Assembly: GCF_020745735.1 (NCBI RefSeq)
Contig: NW_026867487.1
Location: 3,596,001 to 3,660,000, forward strand
Direction of reading: 5' to 3'
DNA: 64,000 nt
Source: Hemiscyllium ocellatum
Lineage: Eukaryota
Shown piece by piece: positions 24,521-37,500 of the stretch. A program made the position numbers and the translations under genes. The notes beneath the pieces were generated by a model, which saw only the letters and a program-made list of their open reading frames with translations, was not told where the DNA came from and did not search any database. Each line of letters begins with the position of its first letter. The stretch's first letter is position 1.

Positions 24521-25299
24521 TGGCATCTTACAAAATACACAGCGAGCATGGTGGTCTTTTAAGCAATTGGCAATGGTTCTTGGATTATAGTTCAATGAAA
24601 TTTGACTTTCGTTTTTTGCTTTCATTGAATTCTAATCAATAAAATCTGAGCATTAGTTTGGCTGTCTGTATTATTGGAGTAGTGTTGGTAAAAGAGTTCC
24701 GATTTTGTAATAGTCAATCCTTCTTTGGGAGACAGACTGCCGTCACAGCACAATAATATATTTGGTGTACCCGTCCGAATCAGTCAAACGTAAGATTATC
24801 CTCTGTCGTCCCGTTTTCATCAGAGGTAATCTTCAATACAGCAGGAAGTCCTCGTCTTGGAAGCAAACACCGATTGATCAATTTGCTGGCCATCTGGAAT
24901 TGAAACTCTTTCAATGAAGTCTATCCAGTGGCAGCCTAAATTTTGTTGAGATTATTAAATGTTTTACCTGTTCGAAGCCATCCGTTTATTAAGAAAACAT
25001 TGAAAGGAAGCGGGTACTGTTAGAGCATCTAACTGACTTTCGAAATTGAAATAAAACAATTGTCTTATTCTTGTGTCACTGTACTCCTTCTCCTTATGGA
25101 CAGTGAGGGGTTTGGATAGGGGGAGGTTAGCGAGAGAGAGAGATAGGGAGACTGACACATTATTTTATCGTGCCTTTCAAGATGGAAAAAAACAATTAAT
25201 TCTCCTCGCACAAATTATTAAACAAAAACCGTAAAAGCTGGCAGGAGAAGGTAATGCAATGCATAAGTCTACTCAACAATATGCTCATGATTCACTTCA

Positions 25300-25660
25300 G
25301 ATAGGCCTCTAGATCAATCTCATTTCCCCTACCTCACTTTATCTCAGTTCCAACCTTCCAACTTAGTACTGTCCTCATGACCTGTCCTACCTGCCAATCT
25401 CCCTTCCCACCTATTTGCTACACCCTCTCCTCTGACCTATCACCTCAATCCCCACCCCCATTCACCTATGTGACTCTTTGCTACCTTCTCGCCAGCCCCC
25501 TCCACCCCTTTACCTCTCCACCCTGAGGCTTCCTGTCTCTATTCCTAACGAAGGACTTTTGTTAAAACATCGATTTTCCTGCTCCTTGGGTGCTGTGCTT
25601 TTCCAGCACCGCTCTGATCTAAACTCTGGTTTCCAGCATCTGCAGTCCTCTGTTTTGCCT
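25300..25660 (+). mobile_element. Penelope-like element 3' end and terminal repeat
   Basis: Pyrimidine-rich tract followed by attcctaacgaaggacttttgttaaaacatcgattttcctgctcc...ttccagcatctgcagtcc. Confidence 0.65.
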
Positions 25661-27839
25661 CAAGTTCACTCTTCTGCGCGTTGTTCATAACTCTTCAACT
25701 CATTATTAAATATTTGTCTAGCTCCTCAAATTTATTTAATCAAGGCATCCATTGCACTCGGGATTCATACATTCCCGAGATTCACGTCCCTTTGAGAGAA
25801 CTGATAGTTCCACTCCGCTTTAAATGTGACTCCCCAAGGCCTAAAACTACCACCTGTTGTTCTACTTTATTCCACAACGTGAAACATCCACTCTGCCTTC
25901 ACGTGGTTAGTCCCAACTGGTGTCTTCCAGATCTCAGTTACATCTGTTTTGATTCTACTAAATTATATTGAATAGAGGTCGAAACTGCGCACTTTATCAT
26001 ATACGTATATTTAATCACTGAATTAATCTGATTATAACATCTTTGAATTGTTTACAAAGCAAATACAGTTTTCCTGATGTAAGTGTATCATATCTGTACG
26101 CAGTACTCCACATTTGGTCTCACCAGAGTCGTGCACCTTGGCTGGAAAACGTTTTGACATTCCGACTCCATTCTTTTCGAAATAAATGAAATCAATTCTA
26201 TCCGATCTCCTTAGTAGCTGCTGTATGTGCACACTGGTTTCCTGCCACTGATGCGCGAGGGTTAATATGTTCACCGTTTTGTTACTGAAAATCTTTTACG
26301 CGATAGTGTGACATTTCGAATGAAGAGCTGAAGCACAGACCAATCTGTTTTCGCTGCAGATTTGCTTACGTTTTTGATATGAACATTTCACCGTTCGAGT
26401 TTCCAACATATAATCCGACATTCTGAATCAAAAAATGTTTGAGGAAAGTTTCATGGATCCATGGAGCAAGGGAAACATTTAACTACTCGCACGACTAAAT
26501 CTGTTTGACTGTCAGATGCTGCCGCCTGTCATTGTACAATAAGACAGAGAGAAACAAACACTTGGGAATCCAGGAGCAGACATTATTAACCTTGGACTGT
26601 GAAGTGTACAATCCCATCGTTTTTTGGAATTTCAGAGAGACACAAGGGAAATTAATATTTTTAGCGAAAAAATGCAAGGCTTTTCTTCCATACAATTGCA
26701 CCAAATGACATTTTTCTCTTGCGACAAATGAAAATGGTTTATGATTCACTGCACATTCAAACCACACCAAATCCAAAATGTTTTGCATTTGGTTCTGTTG
26801 TGCTTTCCTTGTGCCTTCTTATAAAAATTCACTTGAATGAAGTCCACATGATAACATTGTCTGTCCTCTCTACCCTGGCAACGTTTATTACGAGTCCTAG
26901 TTACAGGATATAGAGAAACTTATTTACACCTGAGATACGAAGGAATTTCTTCTGGAAGACCACAGTGTAGGTCTGGAATTCTTCATCCTGAGACCTATGG
27001 AGGGAAGTTACTTGAAACATTTAACAAGAGGCAAGTGATTTTTTGAAGTATGATGGAATTGATGGGTTAGACAAAATAGTAGAAAACAGGAATTAGATGA
27101 CGCTCAGATGTGAATCATAAATTGCGAAACAAGGAAGGCTAAATTGTCGGAATGGTCCATCTGTGTTTTTATTTATTATGATCTGAACTTGTACTGAATG
27201 ACATGAACTCAGGAAATCAGCGATTACTCAATGAAGGGATCGATTTGATTTGCTCACATAATTAAATTCTGGTGATGTTCCGTATTTCATGATTATGTAC
27301 ATTACAAATCTTCAATTCCTATGGACACCAGTGTACAACTATATAAATATCGATATGTAAAAGTGAATGTAATCAGTGGAAATAAATAGATTGTAACGTG
27401 TATGCATAATAAAACTGTGTTGAATAATTTCAGAGATGCTGTTGTACAGATTAGAAGGAAAGGAAAGCAAGTTTATGAGGGACTGCAAATTTTATCAGCT
27501 CTGTATACCAGGGCAATATGATTAGGGGAAGCAATACACTGTGTTTCGGTGGACTGAAGGAATTCAGGGCTATCTTAAGTAATGACAACATTGTCGAGAA
27601 TGCCAAAATGTCTCATTATGTGATGATGGCGCAATGTGACAGAGTGTGGTCGGTCTGTACAGACGTATTCACGCCGTTATGTGACACATTTGCAAAGGAC
27701 TAGATTTTCCCAGACAAACTGACAGAAATGTTTAAACATTCATTTGGCTGAGTTTCAGAATCTTACAACTGTTACTACAGGTGAAGTGCACAGAAGCATG
27801 TTAAACGTGATTTTCTCTCATCAGTTGAGCAGCACACAA

Positions 27840-28210
27840 AGAAAGAAAATATTGAGAAAGAAAGAAACGAATAAATAANNNNNNNNNNNNNNNNNNNNNN
27901 NNNNNNNNNNNNNNNNNNNNNNNNNNNNNNNNNNNNNNNNNNNNNNNNNNNNNNNNNNNNNNNNNNNNNNNNNNNNNNNNNNNNNNNNNNNNNNNNNNNN
28001 NNNNNNNNNNNNNNNNNNNNNNNNNNNNNNNNNNNNNNNNNNNNNNNNNNNNNNNNNNNNNNNNNNNNNNNNNNNNNNNNNNNNNNNNNNNNNNNNNNNN
28101 NNNNNNNGAAGGAAGGTAGGAAGAAACAAAGGAATGTAGAAAGGAAGGAAGCAATAAAGGAAGGAAGGAAGAAAAGAAGAAAGGAAGAAAAGAAGGAAGG
28201 CCGGAAGAAA
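27840..28210. repeat. (GAAA)n/(GGAA)n purine microsatellite containing an assembly gap (N 27879-28107)
   Basis: Purine repeats on both sides of 229 Ns. Confidence 0.9.
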
Positions 28211-28364
28211 GAATACCCTCATCTCCCCATCTCCGGGAATTAAACACAATTAGCCTTCTATTTCTGACAACTTCAGGATCTTAAATGCAGAACTTCCTCA
28301 TTCCGGTGAGTGAAAAAGAGAGTTGCACACAGAGCAATTGTAATGCAAGAAGAATGAGGTTTTT

Positions 28365-29266
28365 TTATGTATTAAAGAAACGACTTGCAATGGTGAAGGG
28401 ACACATTAGCGCATTCTTCATCTGCTCTCTGAACTTGGACTGAGACACAGCGTAAATGAAAACGTTGTTACAAGAACTTAGTAATTGGAGCACTTTCGTA
28501 GTCTCTTGAAGGATGTATTGAGGGTCATTAAAATTCAAACTGTTGAAATAGGCATCACCTTTAATTCGCACATATAGAAAATAAATGACATACGTGATCC
28601 AAAGAAGAAGAAAGCTGAGAGAGATGGCGAAAAGCAGGACAATGGACTTCTTTCGGTTGGCTATTTCTTGGTCTTCACCCTGCTGAGTTCGTTGGAGTCT
28701 CTTGCGGGCTTGGCTGGCTGCAAGGATGTGTCTTACCGTCAAGGCGTTGAGTAGTAGAATGAGTACAAAGGGTGAAAAAGGAGTTAATATCCGGTCCAAC
28801 CAATCGTAGGCCTGCCAGGCGGGCGAGGAATAGTAGATAGATTTAATGTCACAGAACCAGGGAACCTCGTCCAGAACGTATAAAGGCTGGTATATGAAGT
28901 AATAAGGAATATTCTTTATGAGGCTTAGTGCACAGATAATTCCCATGACTTGCAAAGCGGTTTTGTCAGTGCAGTATCTTGTTTTCAGGCTGTGGGAGCA
29001 GATGGCCACAAAACGGTCGATGGTAAAAGCCACTGTCAACCAAACGGAGCCATCCCGTGTGACATAGACGAGCACGGCACTCAGGCTGCACGCCGGGGTT
29101 GTAGACAGTACACTGTACCTGAAGTAGATTCTGGGGATCCGGTTGAGTAAGCAACCTGTGGCGATGACAAGGAAATCAGCCACCGCTATGGCCACCAAAT
29201 AGAAAGTGATACACCGGGAGAGTCCACACCGCCCTCGGGATAGAATTATGATTGCTATGAGGTTGG
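28365..29266 (-). CDS. GPR139-like: GPR139-like class A GPCR gene 2, exon 2; complement(join(28365..29266,30601..30670)) = 323 aa
   Basis: Acceptor ...ctctcacAG at 29268-29267. Open frame ANLIAIIILSRGRCGLSRC...SVWLTVAFTIDRF...SSCNNVFIY...FFNT*. Collinear with gene 1 apart from a 5-aa ICL3 indel and the C-tail. Confidence 0.93.
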
Positions 29267-30600
29267 CTGTGAGAGATAAAGAGAGACATTACCAAAGATT
29301 CTCGAAACATCAGTTACTGCTTCCTCCAATCTGTTCCCATGGCATCCTTGCTGCGCCAAGAGGCACAAAACTTTACTTCATACCAATTTTACCACTGCAC
29401 TGAGTTATTTCTTCTCCCACTCAATCAGATTCTCAATTCTAATACTCACAGCCTTCACTGCAAATTTATCAGCTCTTGCCAACCAAAGAATAAACTACAA
29501 TTATCAGAAATCGAAAAGTGCCTCCAATGCAGTGCTTTTGTGCATGCATGTTGACGATTGCCTCAATGATGTTTCCGATGTTGTTTTTGAACTGGTTAAA
29601 ACCGTTGAATCCATTCCCCCCACTTCTCCCCATTCCAACTGACTACTGCCTCAGTTGCTCAAATTCTCCATCTCCTTCTCACCATTGGTGTTGCTGCATT
29701 CAACCTAATTCCATTATCATTGAATTCACTTTCTTTTCTAATTTTTTCTAATGTCATCGTATGTCATGCTTGTCTTTCTTTAGAAAACAAATCTCTCGAA
29801 ATGTTCCTACTGCAGGCATAATTCGTGGTTGAGGAAAGTAATGCAACTCTATTGATGATGAAAACAATTGATGGACAATAGATATTGACATTTCCAGAAA
29901 CAGCAAAAATCCCGGCTTTTACCAAAATAGTGTTGTCCGAAATAATATCCAAATCCATAAGGTTTCCACACAAAAGCAAGACAAATGCGAGATCATGTAA
30001 TCCACCTCAAACATTTTCATAGTTGATTCTTGATATCATATTATAAATTGTTAATATATCATATTAACAATTCAATACTCTCCAACTAACATTTTCTCAT
30101 ATGTATGTGTATACACACACACATACATTAATTGATCTGGAATGCAGTCTCTGAAATTGCAATTAAAGAAAAATGATTCTTACACCAGGATACCTTATAA
30201 CTCAACAGACCACACGCACGAACAAATGAAAACACGGCACTGGCGTTTCCTGCAATATTATTGAATGTAATGTTCAGTATTCACACCGATGAAGTCATGC
30301 AATTGTACAAATTGCTCTTTGTCTTTCCATTACCAAATAGACTATTTAACCATAATTTAGCGCGGTAAAGCGTATTATAATCATACATTGCTTCATAGTT
30401 CATTTTGAGTCAATATAATGTAATTTACTAGAGTGTAACGGCATGTGGATATAATTCATATAAATATCAGAATCAGCCGAAATATCTTACTTTCAGACAG
30501 AGCTGGGGGTTTCCTTAAGTAAAGTCGTGTTCTAAAAGGGATTCTTTTTTTTCCTTTTGACAGAAACAAAATCAAAATATGATTTAAATCCATCACCTAC

Positions 30601-30670
30601 CTGGCATACCAATGACAGCGAGAAGTATGTAGTATATAGCATAGAGAGAACCATTTGCTGGACCATGCAT
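30601..30670 (-). CDS. GPR139-like: GPR139-like GPCR gene 2, exon 1 (MHGPANGSLYAIYYILLAVIGMP)
   Basis: ATG at 30670, 70 nt long, GTAGGT donor at 30600 (phase 1). Same length and phase as gene 1 exon 1. Confidence 0.88.
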
Positions 30671-30742
30671 CGTCTTTTTGGAAAATAATGGCGTTATCCA
30701 AGTTGTGCCGCTTGTTTCTGAGACACTTTCTGAAGATCTCTC

Positions 30743-30790
30743 ATTTATTCTGCATGAGTATCTCCAGAGGGGTTAATTATGACAGAACTC
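30743..30790 (-). promoter_or_regulatory. Conserved proximal promoter block of GPCR gene 2 (TAATTA + CCTCTGGAGA + ATAAA)
   Basis: Reverse complement gagttctgtcataattaacccctctggagatactcatgcagaataaat aligns with 10988-11040. Confidence 0.6.
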
Positions 30791-31047
30791 TTTACATCCA
30801 TTCAACAAACAAACAAATTAGCTTACAGTTTCATGCCTTTAATGTCTAACATTGCAAAGGGATACACAGCAGTTCTTTTTTTTGTTTGTGGCTGAAGAAC
30901 TGATAATACATTCAGCAGCCACATTTACGTCCGCTGTCGACAATGATTTGAGGTCGATCTCAAGTAAAAAAAAATCATGTTTTCTCATCTCTGACCAGTT
31001 CAAAATTATTTTGTATCTTTTAGCTATCATATTAGTTATATTGTTCT

Positions 31048-31203
31048 NNNNNNNNNNNNNNNNNNNNNNNNNNNNNNNNNNNNNNNNNNNNNNNNNNNNN
31101 NNNNNNNNNNNNNNNNNNNNNNNNNNNNNNNNNNNNNNNNNNNNNNNNNNNNNNNNNNNNNNNNNNNNNNNNNNNNNNNNNNNNNNNNNNNNNNNNNNNN
31201 NNN
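31048..31203. other. Assembly gap (156 N)
   Basis: Run of N. Confidence 0.99.
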
Positions 31204-32199
31204 TTGCATGCACACACATAATCTGTTTCAATATATAAGAATTTTGCCTAGTTTGCCAGGTTTGAGCTACAGTGAGAGGCAGAATAGGGAATAGACTATG
31301 GCTATTTTACCAGGAACATTGGAGTCCAAGAGGTGTCTTTACAGAAGTTGAGAAAATCAAGAGGGCTTGGAGAGGGTTTTGTTCCCAATTTAGGGATGTC
31401 CCAAACTAGAAGCCACAGGTTAAATGTGAGAGGGGAAAGATTTAAAAGAGACATGAAAGGCAACTCATCCACATAAAGCCTGCTTCAGAAATATAGCGGC
31501 AAACAACTCTTTCTCCTAATTTCCTATCTCCTACCTGTCATTTAAATCGCATACGTCGGGAGTGTAATAGAATAATCTCCAATTTGTTTGTAGATACAGG
31601 GCCAGCAAACCTCTCAGGTGATGCAACCAGGTTCATTTACAAAAGGTGGGCTGTGGAAGTTTAAGGAGGATGCTCAGTAGAACTATCTCAGGCGACGCAA
31701 CCCGCTTGATTTCCAACATGTGGACTGCAGAAGTTCTGGAAGGATGCTCAGTAGTATCATCTCCACATCGAACATCATCTGCCAGCTACCGGTTCATTCC
31801 ACCAGCTTGCTTTCTGTCGGTGTCTTCACAATGTCACATTTTAGTGAACATTGCTCTTAATTTTTTTTTGTTGTCTGTATCATTGGAAATGTTTCCTTGT
31901 GCATCAAGTTCTAGATCATGAGCATATTTTAAGGAAATGGAGGGGGGCTATGCATTTTCCCCACGAATTCCACAGTAGACGCACCCCCAATTATGAAAGT
32001 CACTGTTAATAAAATCATTTTACTGTGAAAGTTAGCCAGTGATCCTAACGAAACCACACAAAACTCCGAACAGCAACCAACCCCGAGTCATCCCCTTACC
32101 CTGTCCATGTACTCCTGCATTTCACATGGTGAACATATCCAACGTGCACATCACTGAACACTATGAGTAATTTGGCATGTGCAATCCAGTAATGTCCCG

Positions 32200-32500
32200 C
32201 AGTGATGATTTGTTTATATCCCTTTCGAGATTTTCATTTCCTGATACTTCGTTGGAGGAATGGTACCCGTTCCAGCTCCAGCCAAACCTGAGTGTGATGT
32301 GCTATTGCTACATTTAAGCTCAATTTGCTATAGTACCTAAAGATTCATGTGAGGCAAACATTGCGCAATGATGAGTGAAGTTCTGCATCTGACATTACGA
32401 TGGAGGAAAGGCCTTTGATGAATTTGCTGAAGGGTTATCTTGAGAAATCTACAACAAAGAACTCTGCACTGATACACTCTGGCTGAGACCGCTGATTTCT
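32200..32500 (-). mobile_element. Old CR1/L2-clade LINE RT fragment
   Basis: ctgacattacgatggaggaaaggcctttgatgaatttgctgaag is the antisense of an RT FINDLxSxIxS..FADD segment and is homologous to 59365-59430. Confidence 0.55.
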
Positions 32501-32670
32501 GTGTGCAAAACATCAAAATTCACCAAAGCATTTTCCAAAACGAATGTATTCATATTATTACGAGAACTTGAATGTGTTGGCAACTTTTGGACTTTGAAGA
32601 AAGAGCCTTAAATTATCTGACACGGTTTAAGATTATGGTTGCCTCATTTCAGGTCGAGATAGGGCGGGAT

Positions 32671-32746
32671 TTCTCTCTCTCTCTCCATGTCCTTGTCTCT
32701 CAAACACACACTCTGTAACTCTCTCTCTCTCACACACACACACACG
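32671..32746. repeat. Compound (CT)n/(CA)n microsatellite
   Basis: Read directly. Confidence 0.9.
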
Positions 32747-32789
32747 TGGGGAAGATATCAAAGTGGTGTTTTGAGTTCCGTCTTCATCA

Positions 32790-32895
32790 CTGAACGAATG
32801 GGTTGGATAAGGTCAGAGGATACATCACTGCAGGTTATAGTTTTGGAGATATATTTGAAATCACACGTTTTCACAGCGCTAGTCCTTCATCGGGT
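32790..32895 (-). repeat. Degenerate Penelope terminal repeat (family of the 5800 fold-back)
   Basis: Minus strand cccgatgaaggactagcgctgtgaaaacgtgtgatttcaaata...actataacctg resembles the arm sequence at 5862-5890. Confidence 0.6.
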
Positions 32896-33049
32896 GAAGT
32901 GAAGATAAACACACGGGCACAGAATTTATGGCAGAAAGATCAAAACAGTATAGAAATGTTGCAAGTCAGGAATCGAAAAGCTGTAAAGTAAGACCTCCTG
33001 GTGATGAAAAACATCAGATGATGAGTTAAATGTCGGCTAAAGTGCGTAC

Positions 33050-33165
33050 TAAGATGCTGGAGATGAGAGTCAACATTGGAGTGGTGCTGGAAAAACACAC
33101 CAGATCAGGCAGCATCAGAGGAGCAGGAAAATCGACGTATCAGGCAAAAGCCCTTCATCAGGATG
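33050..33165 (-). repeat. Penelope terminal repeat with mutated hammerhead core
   Basis: Minus strand tcCTGATGAagggcttttgcctGATACgtcgattttcctgctcctc; GAAA is replaced by GATA. Confidence 0.75.
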
Positions 33166-33779
33166 CATATAAAGTGTCAACATTTAACAATTGAAGGGAT
33201 GATCAATAATCCTATTTATTGAGGCAAGAGCTAATTTTTAAAAATCATAACAATGAGGTAGTTCTGGAGACAAACTGAATGTCTGAAATAACATGATAGG
33301 TATGAGTCGAATGTTGATAGTTGTACCAACTTAACCAGAGATTCAAAATTGTATAACTTAGTTAAAGTAGAGGGATTGTGATAAGTTATTAAGGTCATTG
33401 TTTCCAAACAAAACAGTAAAAAAAAAGATAGAGAGGAAGATGGTTAGGTTACATGTCATATGGTATGCAACGAAGGTCAAAGTTGAGGCTCTCTTAATAG
33501 GTATGGATCTGTCAGTTTCTCCTTGGTTGTTCTGCATTGCAAGGAAACTGTCACAAAGATTGAAGACTAAATGTCCATGACGACTGAATTGCTCCAGAAT
33601 GTGTGGGGAGCCGGGGTAGCTTTTGTGTCTGCCAATTGTTATGTGGTATCAATTCATCCATAGTCGTTGCATCTGCATGGTCTTTCCAATCTACCATGTC
33701 TCGTGGCATCATTGTCTACAGGGTATGAAGTAGAGAACAGTGGCCTTGGAACAAGAATATCTGCCGACAAGATCGTGGG

Positions 33780-34520
33780 TGACGTTCCCACATATGATGC
33801 CAATATCTATAACAAAGACCTAAGTGTTTGACCAAAGAACACACCTGTCGACTCAACAGACTAATCAACAACTTAAATCCAGATTTTCATATTGTCCTAA
33901 TCACTCTCATCCCGTGCATAGAAGACGACAACTGCTTTCTCTAGATACACAAAGCCTACACACCTGGACATTTAGATTAGATTACTTACAGTGTGGAAAC
34001 AGTCTCTTAGGCCCAACAAGTCCACAGCGACCCACCGAAGCTCAGCCCACCCAGACCCACTCCCCCACATTTACCCGGCCCCGAACACTATGGGCAATTT
34101 AGCATGGCCAATTCACCTAACTTGCACATTTTTGGACTGTGGGAGGAAACCGGAGCACCCGGAGGAAACCCATGCAGAGACGGGGAGAACGTGCAAACTC
34201 CAGACAGTCAGTCGCCTGAGGCGGAAATTGAACCCGGGTCTCTGGCGCTGTGAGGCAGCAGTGCTAAACACTGTGCCACCGTGCCGCCCACGACATGTTA
34301 TCGTATCAGCCCAAAGACCTGCGTGAGAGCTTCTCTGGCTATATCGAGACCATCTTTTAACACATTCCAAGAGGAACCCCCACTTTCCATCGAGACACTA
34401 CAGACCTATTGCAGAAACTCAGCCCCCACGGAGCAGTCGAAGCTGGAATATTCCTCATCATAATGAACGCTTCGGCACTCTACACCAGTTCCCACTGCCA
34501 ACCACTCCCTTCACCAGGAC
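33780..34520 (+). mobile_element. Penelope RT fragment split by a SINE
   Basis: IHKAYTPG (to 33968), then after the SINE VIVS...ESFSGYIE...RDTTDLLQKL...IFLIIMNASALYTS, matching PLE RT KIHK..PGRPIVS...DTTDFL...MDVSALYT. Confidence 0.7.
33971..34289 (-). mobile_element. Full-length HE1-like SINE
   Basis: Near-identical to 3449-3759; ttagattagatt tail. Confidence 0.92.
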
Positions 34521-37500
34521 GACAACACTTTATGTGAAAATAAACCAGTCAGTGTGTTATGCTGTCTTTTATCTTTGATGCTGTGCATATAACATTAGCA
34601 TGCACTGCGAGATAGTATGACTAAATTCTGTTTCGGTTCAGATTAACCAACAACATTGATTTATGCTACTGTTTGACTTGCACAGTTATTGCAAGACTGC
34701 ACTGTGTTACATAAACCCCTTGTAAAAACTTTTTTCAACGGTAATTTCGAACTACATTAATTAATCATGTCATTTTTCTGTACTACACTGTTTCTATCAC
34801 ATTTGTCATTTCACTAGTTCACTGATATTGCAGCCTGATCACATTAAACGCTCCATTCATTCCAGAAGGCGATATGCTTGTCCTTTTGTTTCACGAAACC
34901 ATGTGCAAATTGTTTCAGACTGAGACCCTAATTCGTTTTAAATGACATTATACATGACACTGTCATATCAGCTGTTATACTAAGCATTTACTTTAGCAAT
35001 TTGCAATTTGGATTTCACCACTGCCAGTCACCTTGATGCTAATTTTCCAAGGCATGTTTCTGTCGTTACTTCACTCCACCCTATTATCAAAAGCATGATT
35101 TCAAATGTTTAAGATTGAAACATTTTAAGATTTAGGTCATATTGAATTATTGAACTCAAAATCAGCGAGTCATGAGGATAATGCATGAGCTGATCTGTCA
35201 GCTGAAAGAAGGAAGTATTTTGGAAGGTTGAAGAGATGAGAGATACAGATTGAAGGTTGAGATGAGACTTCAACTCAAATCTCCCATTAACGCTTACAGT
35301 GATGAAAATTTAAAAGTATAGTTTCTGACATGGGGAGAGGCAAACAATTTGTATCTATCCATTCTCACAAAAATACAATCGTAATGCCAATGATTTAATG
35401 GGAAATAAATTAGTCTCTTTGTTCACTGAGTTGTAAGGTGCAGGTTTCAAATTAATTTCTGCTCTGGAGACTCTCGCTTTAAATAAACGGTGGATGATTT
35501 CAACGTGTCACAATGTAACGGCCTAAAACTTCAGGAATATTTTTTTTCAAAAAGGATACACGCGACCGCGAACGGACCGGTCTTTGCAATTTGTTATCCC
35601 ATTCTCGTCGTGATTGGTGCCCCTGGTAAGAAACAAATGCTGTACAGTGTATGAAGTTGCTAAATTCCAGGGGTTTGATCTCTTTCATTTCCTGATCACG
35701 ATTTTTTAAAGAATCAGTATGATTGTACATAAATAAATACAGTTAGAATAGTGCAGCAAATTAATGTGATACTCAATGCAATATCATGCTATGATCAATT
35801 TCGCACATTCATTGGAATTACTTCAGTGGGAGCAAAAGACGTTGCTCCATTTATAATGCCACACATTTATTGGATTATCGTTTATTAGATAGGTGAAGTA
35901 TGTCACTTCTCTAAAAATGATAGCGATCTGGGCACCAGAAAAAAAACATAAAAGGACTTCACTAAAACAGTAAAAATAATATTAAGAATAGACTCTAAAT
36001 TCAGGAAGTGAGCCAGTCTGTAATTTCATACTTGACTGATGGTAAAGGAATTTTTAAACAAGTCTTTCATGAGGGAGCTTGGCGTTCGCATTAAAATCAA
36101 CAATGTTATTTGTTTAGTGAAATGGTAGGGTGATTCCATTGAGGGAGATAATCATTTCAATAGGCAGTTTGAACGTAATGGACAGAATGTCCATCTTAAT
36201 AGATGCAGCTATAATGCGATTAAATGCATGTCAGCGCAGGAACATTAATTTACTTTACTGGTCAGCACTCAGTGTCGTTATAATATACTTAATTGTCATC
36301 CAATGTGTTTCACACAACTGTGTTCCACTGAGCAAAAAGCAGTATTTTCATTTCGTAATGATGTTGAAGGACAAAATAATGCACAATGTCATCCTTATGA
36401 TAATTGCGCTTTAGTATGAAATGCACATAGCAATTTCGCATAGTTACAATGTGATCTCTGGAAGGATGTATCCGTTCCAATCTTGTGAATTCTCACTGGG
36501 CAGTCTCCTTTGTTAATATGATATTGAGAATTAAATATGGAAATATTCGAAGGAGGTACATTGAGAGAAAAGTGTTTTTTTTTCCAGTTGTTGTCTATTT
36601 CATCCTGTGCAGTTACGATTTGATCTTGATTTGTTCTTATGGAAAGTATTGGTTGGAATTTCAGTATATTGTGATTGCCTCTGACAAGGTCAATAGTTCT
36701 TGGTATTGCTTAGCTTCTATTTGTGCAATTCGAATTCCTCTCTTTAATCAGCTACTGCAAAGAGTTTACCAGACATGTTTCACAAAATGTTTATTTTTAG
36801 ATCAAGACTAAAAGGCAAAATCGATTAATGGATATAGCAGCTTCATAAAGTCAGGAGAGAGAGAAAGCAAAGTGAACTGCTTCGCAAACTACCTGAAAGC
36901 AGGTCAGCAACATTATAAAGGACCGAGTAGAGGAGAGTGACTACGGGAGAGAAAAAATGTCAGCGTCAGAAAGTCATTCCAATTTGTAAATTCCTGAAAG
37001 AGCCACAATGTGACATCACACGCAAGTTGTTAGGTGATTGCTCGACATTTCTTCGTTACCTTTCGATTGACTAACTGGTTTAATTCAGGAGACATTAACT
37101 TATCTGAAGAATACAATCAGGACATTCACCATTCAATTATTTAAAATCAAATTTAATGAAATGGAAAGATCCCTGAGCAAGTCATGTTCTGCTGCGACAC
37201 CATATGAGAGTTGTTGGACACCAATACAGCAAATGTTAGCTGACTGAAAATTTTCGGATCGGATTTGATTAGTTGGAGTCTGAGCTGTACACACTGAACT
37301 ACTTTACGGAGGAGATACTTTAACGATGTTTCGCAATCAATCACGCTCAGACAAGGGAGGGTGTGACAGCGAATGAAGCAGCCGCTAAGTTGCATAATTC
37401 AGCTTTACAGTAGCATCATATAAAGAGGTGTAAAAATTGGAAACAAAAGTGAATAATTTGCGATGAGAATGATGCTCTGACAAGCAATTGAAATGTCTTG

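Noticed and set aside
25222-25230. Perfect nonamer ACAAAAACC
   Set aside because: No CAC heptamer at 12 or 23 nt spacing.
26090-26310. Minus-strand NVTLS(R)K...G..P...EYC pattern suggesting a V domain
   Set aside because: The end reads TLVRPNVEYCVQI, the CR1 LINE motif TLVRPxLEYCVQ.
27801-28249. Long ORFs in the track here and at 30839-31238
   Set aside because: Artefacts of translating N gaps and purine microsatellite.
32790-32960. Minus-strand V-like pattern (EG.SAVKTC...YNLQ*)
   Set aside because: It needs several frameshifts, has no YxC or RSS, and the DNA matches the Penelope terminal repeat family seen at 5800-5945.
36880-36990. TATAAA followed by a short ATG-initiated frame (MSASESHSNL*)
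   Set aside because: No downstream exon or homology; unsupported as a gene.
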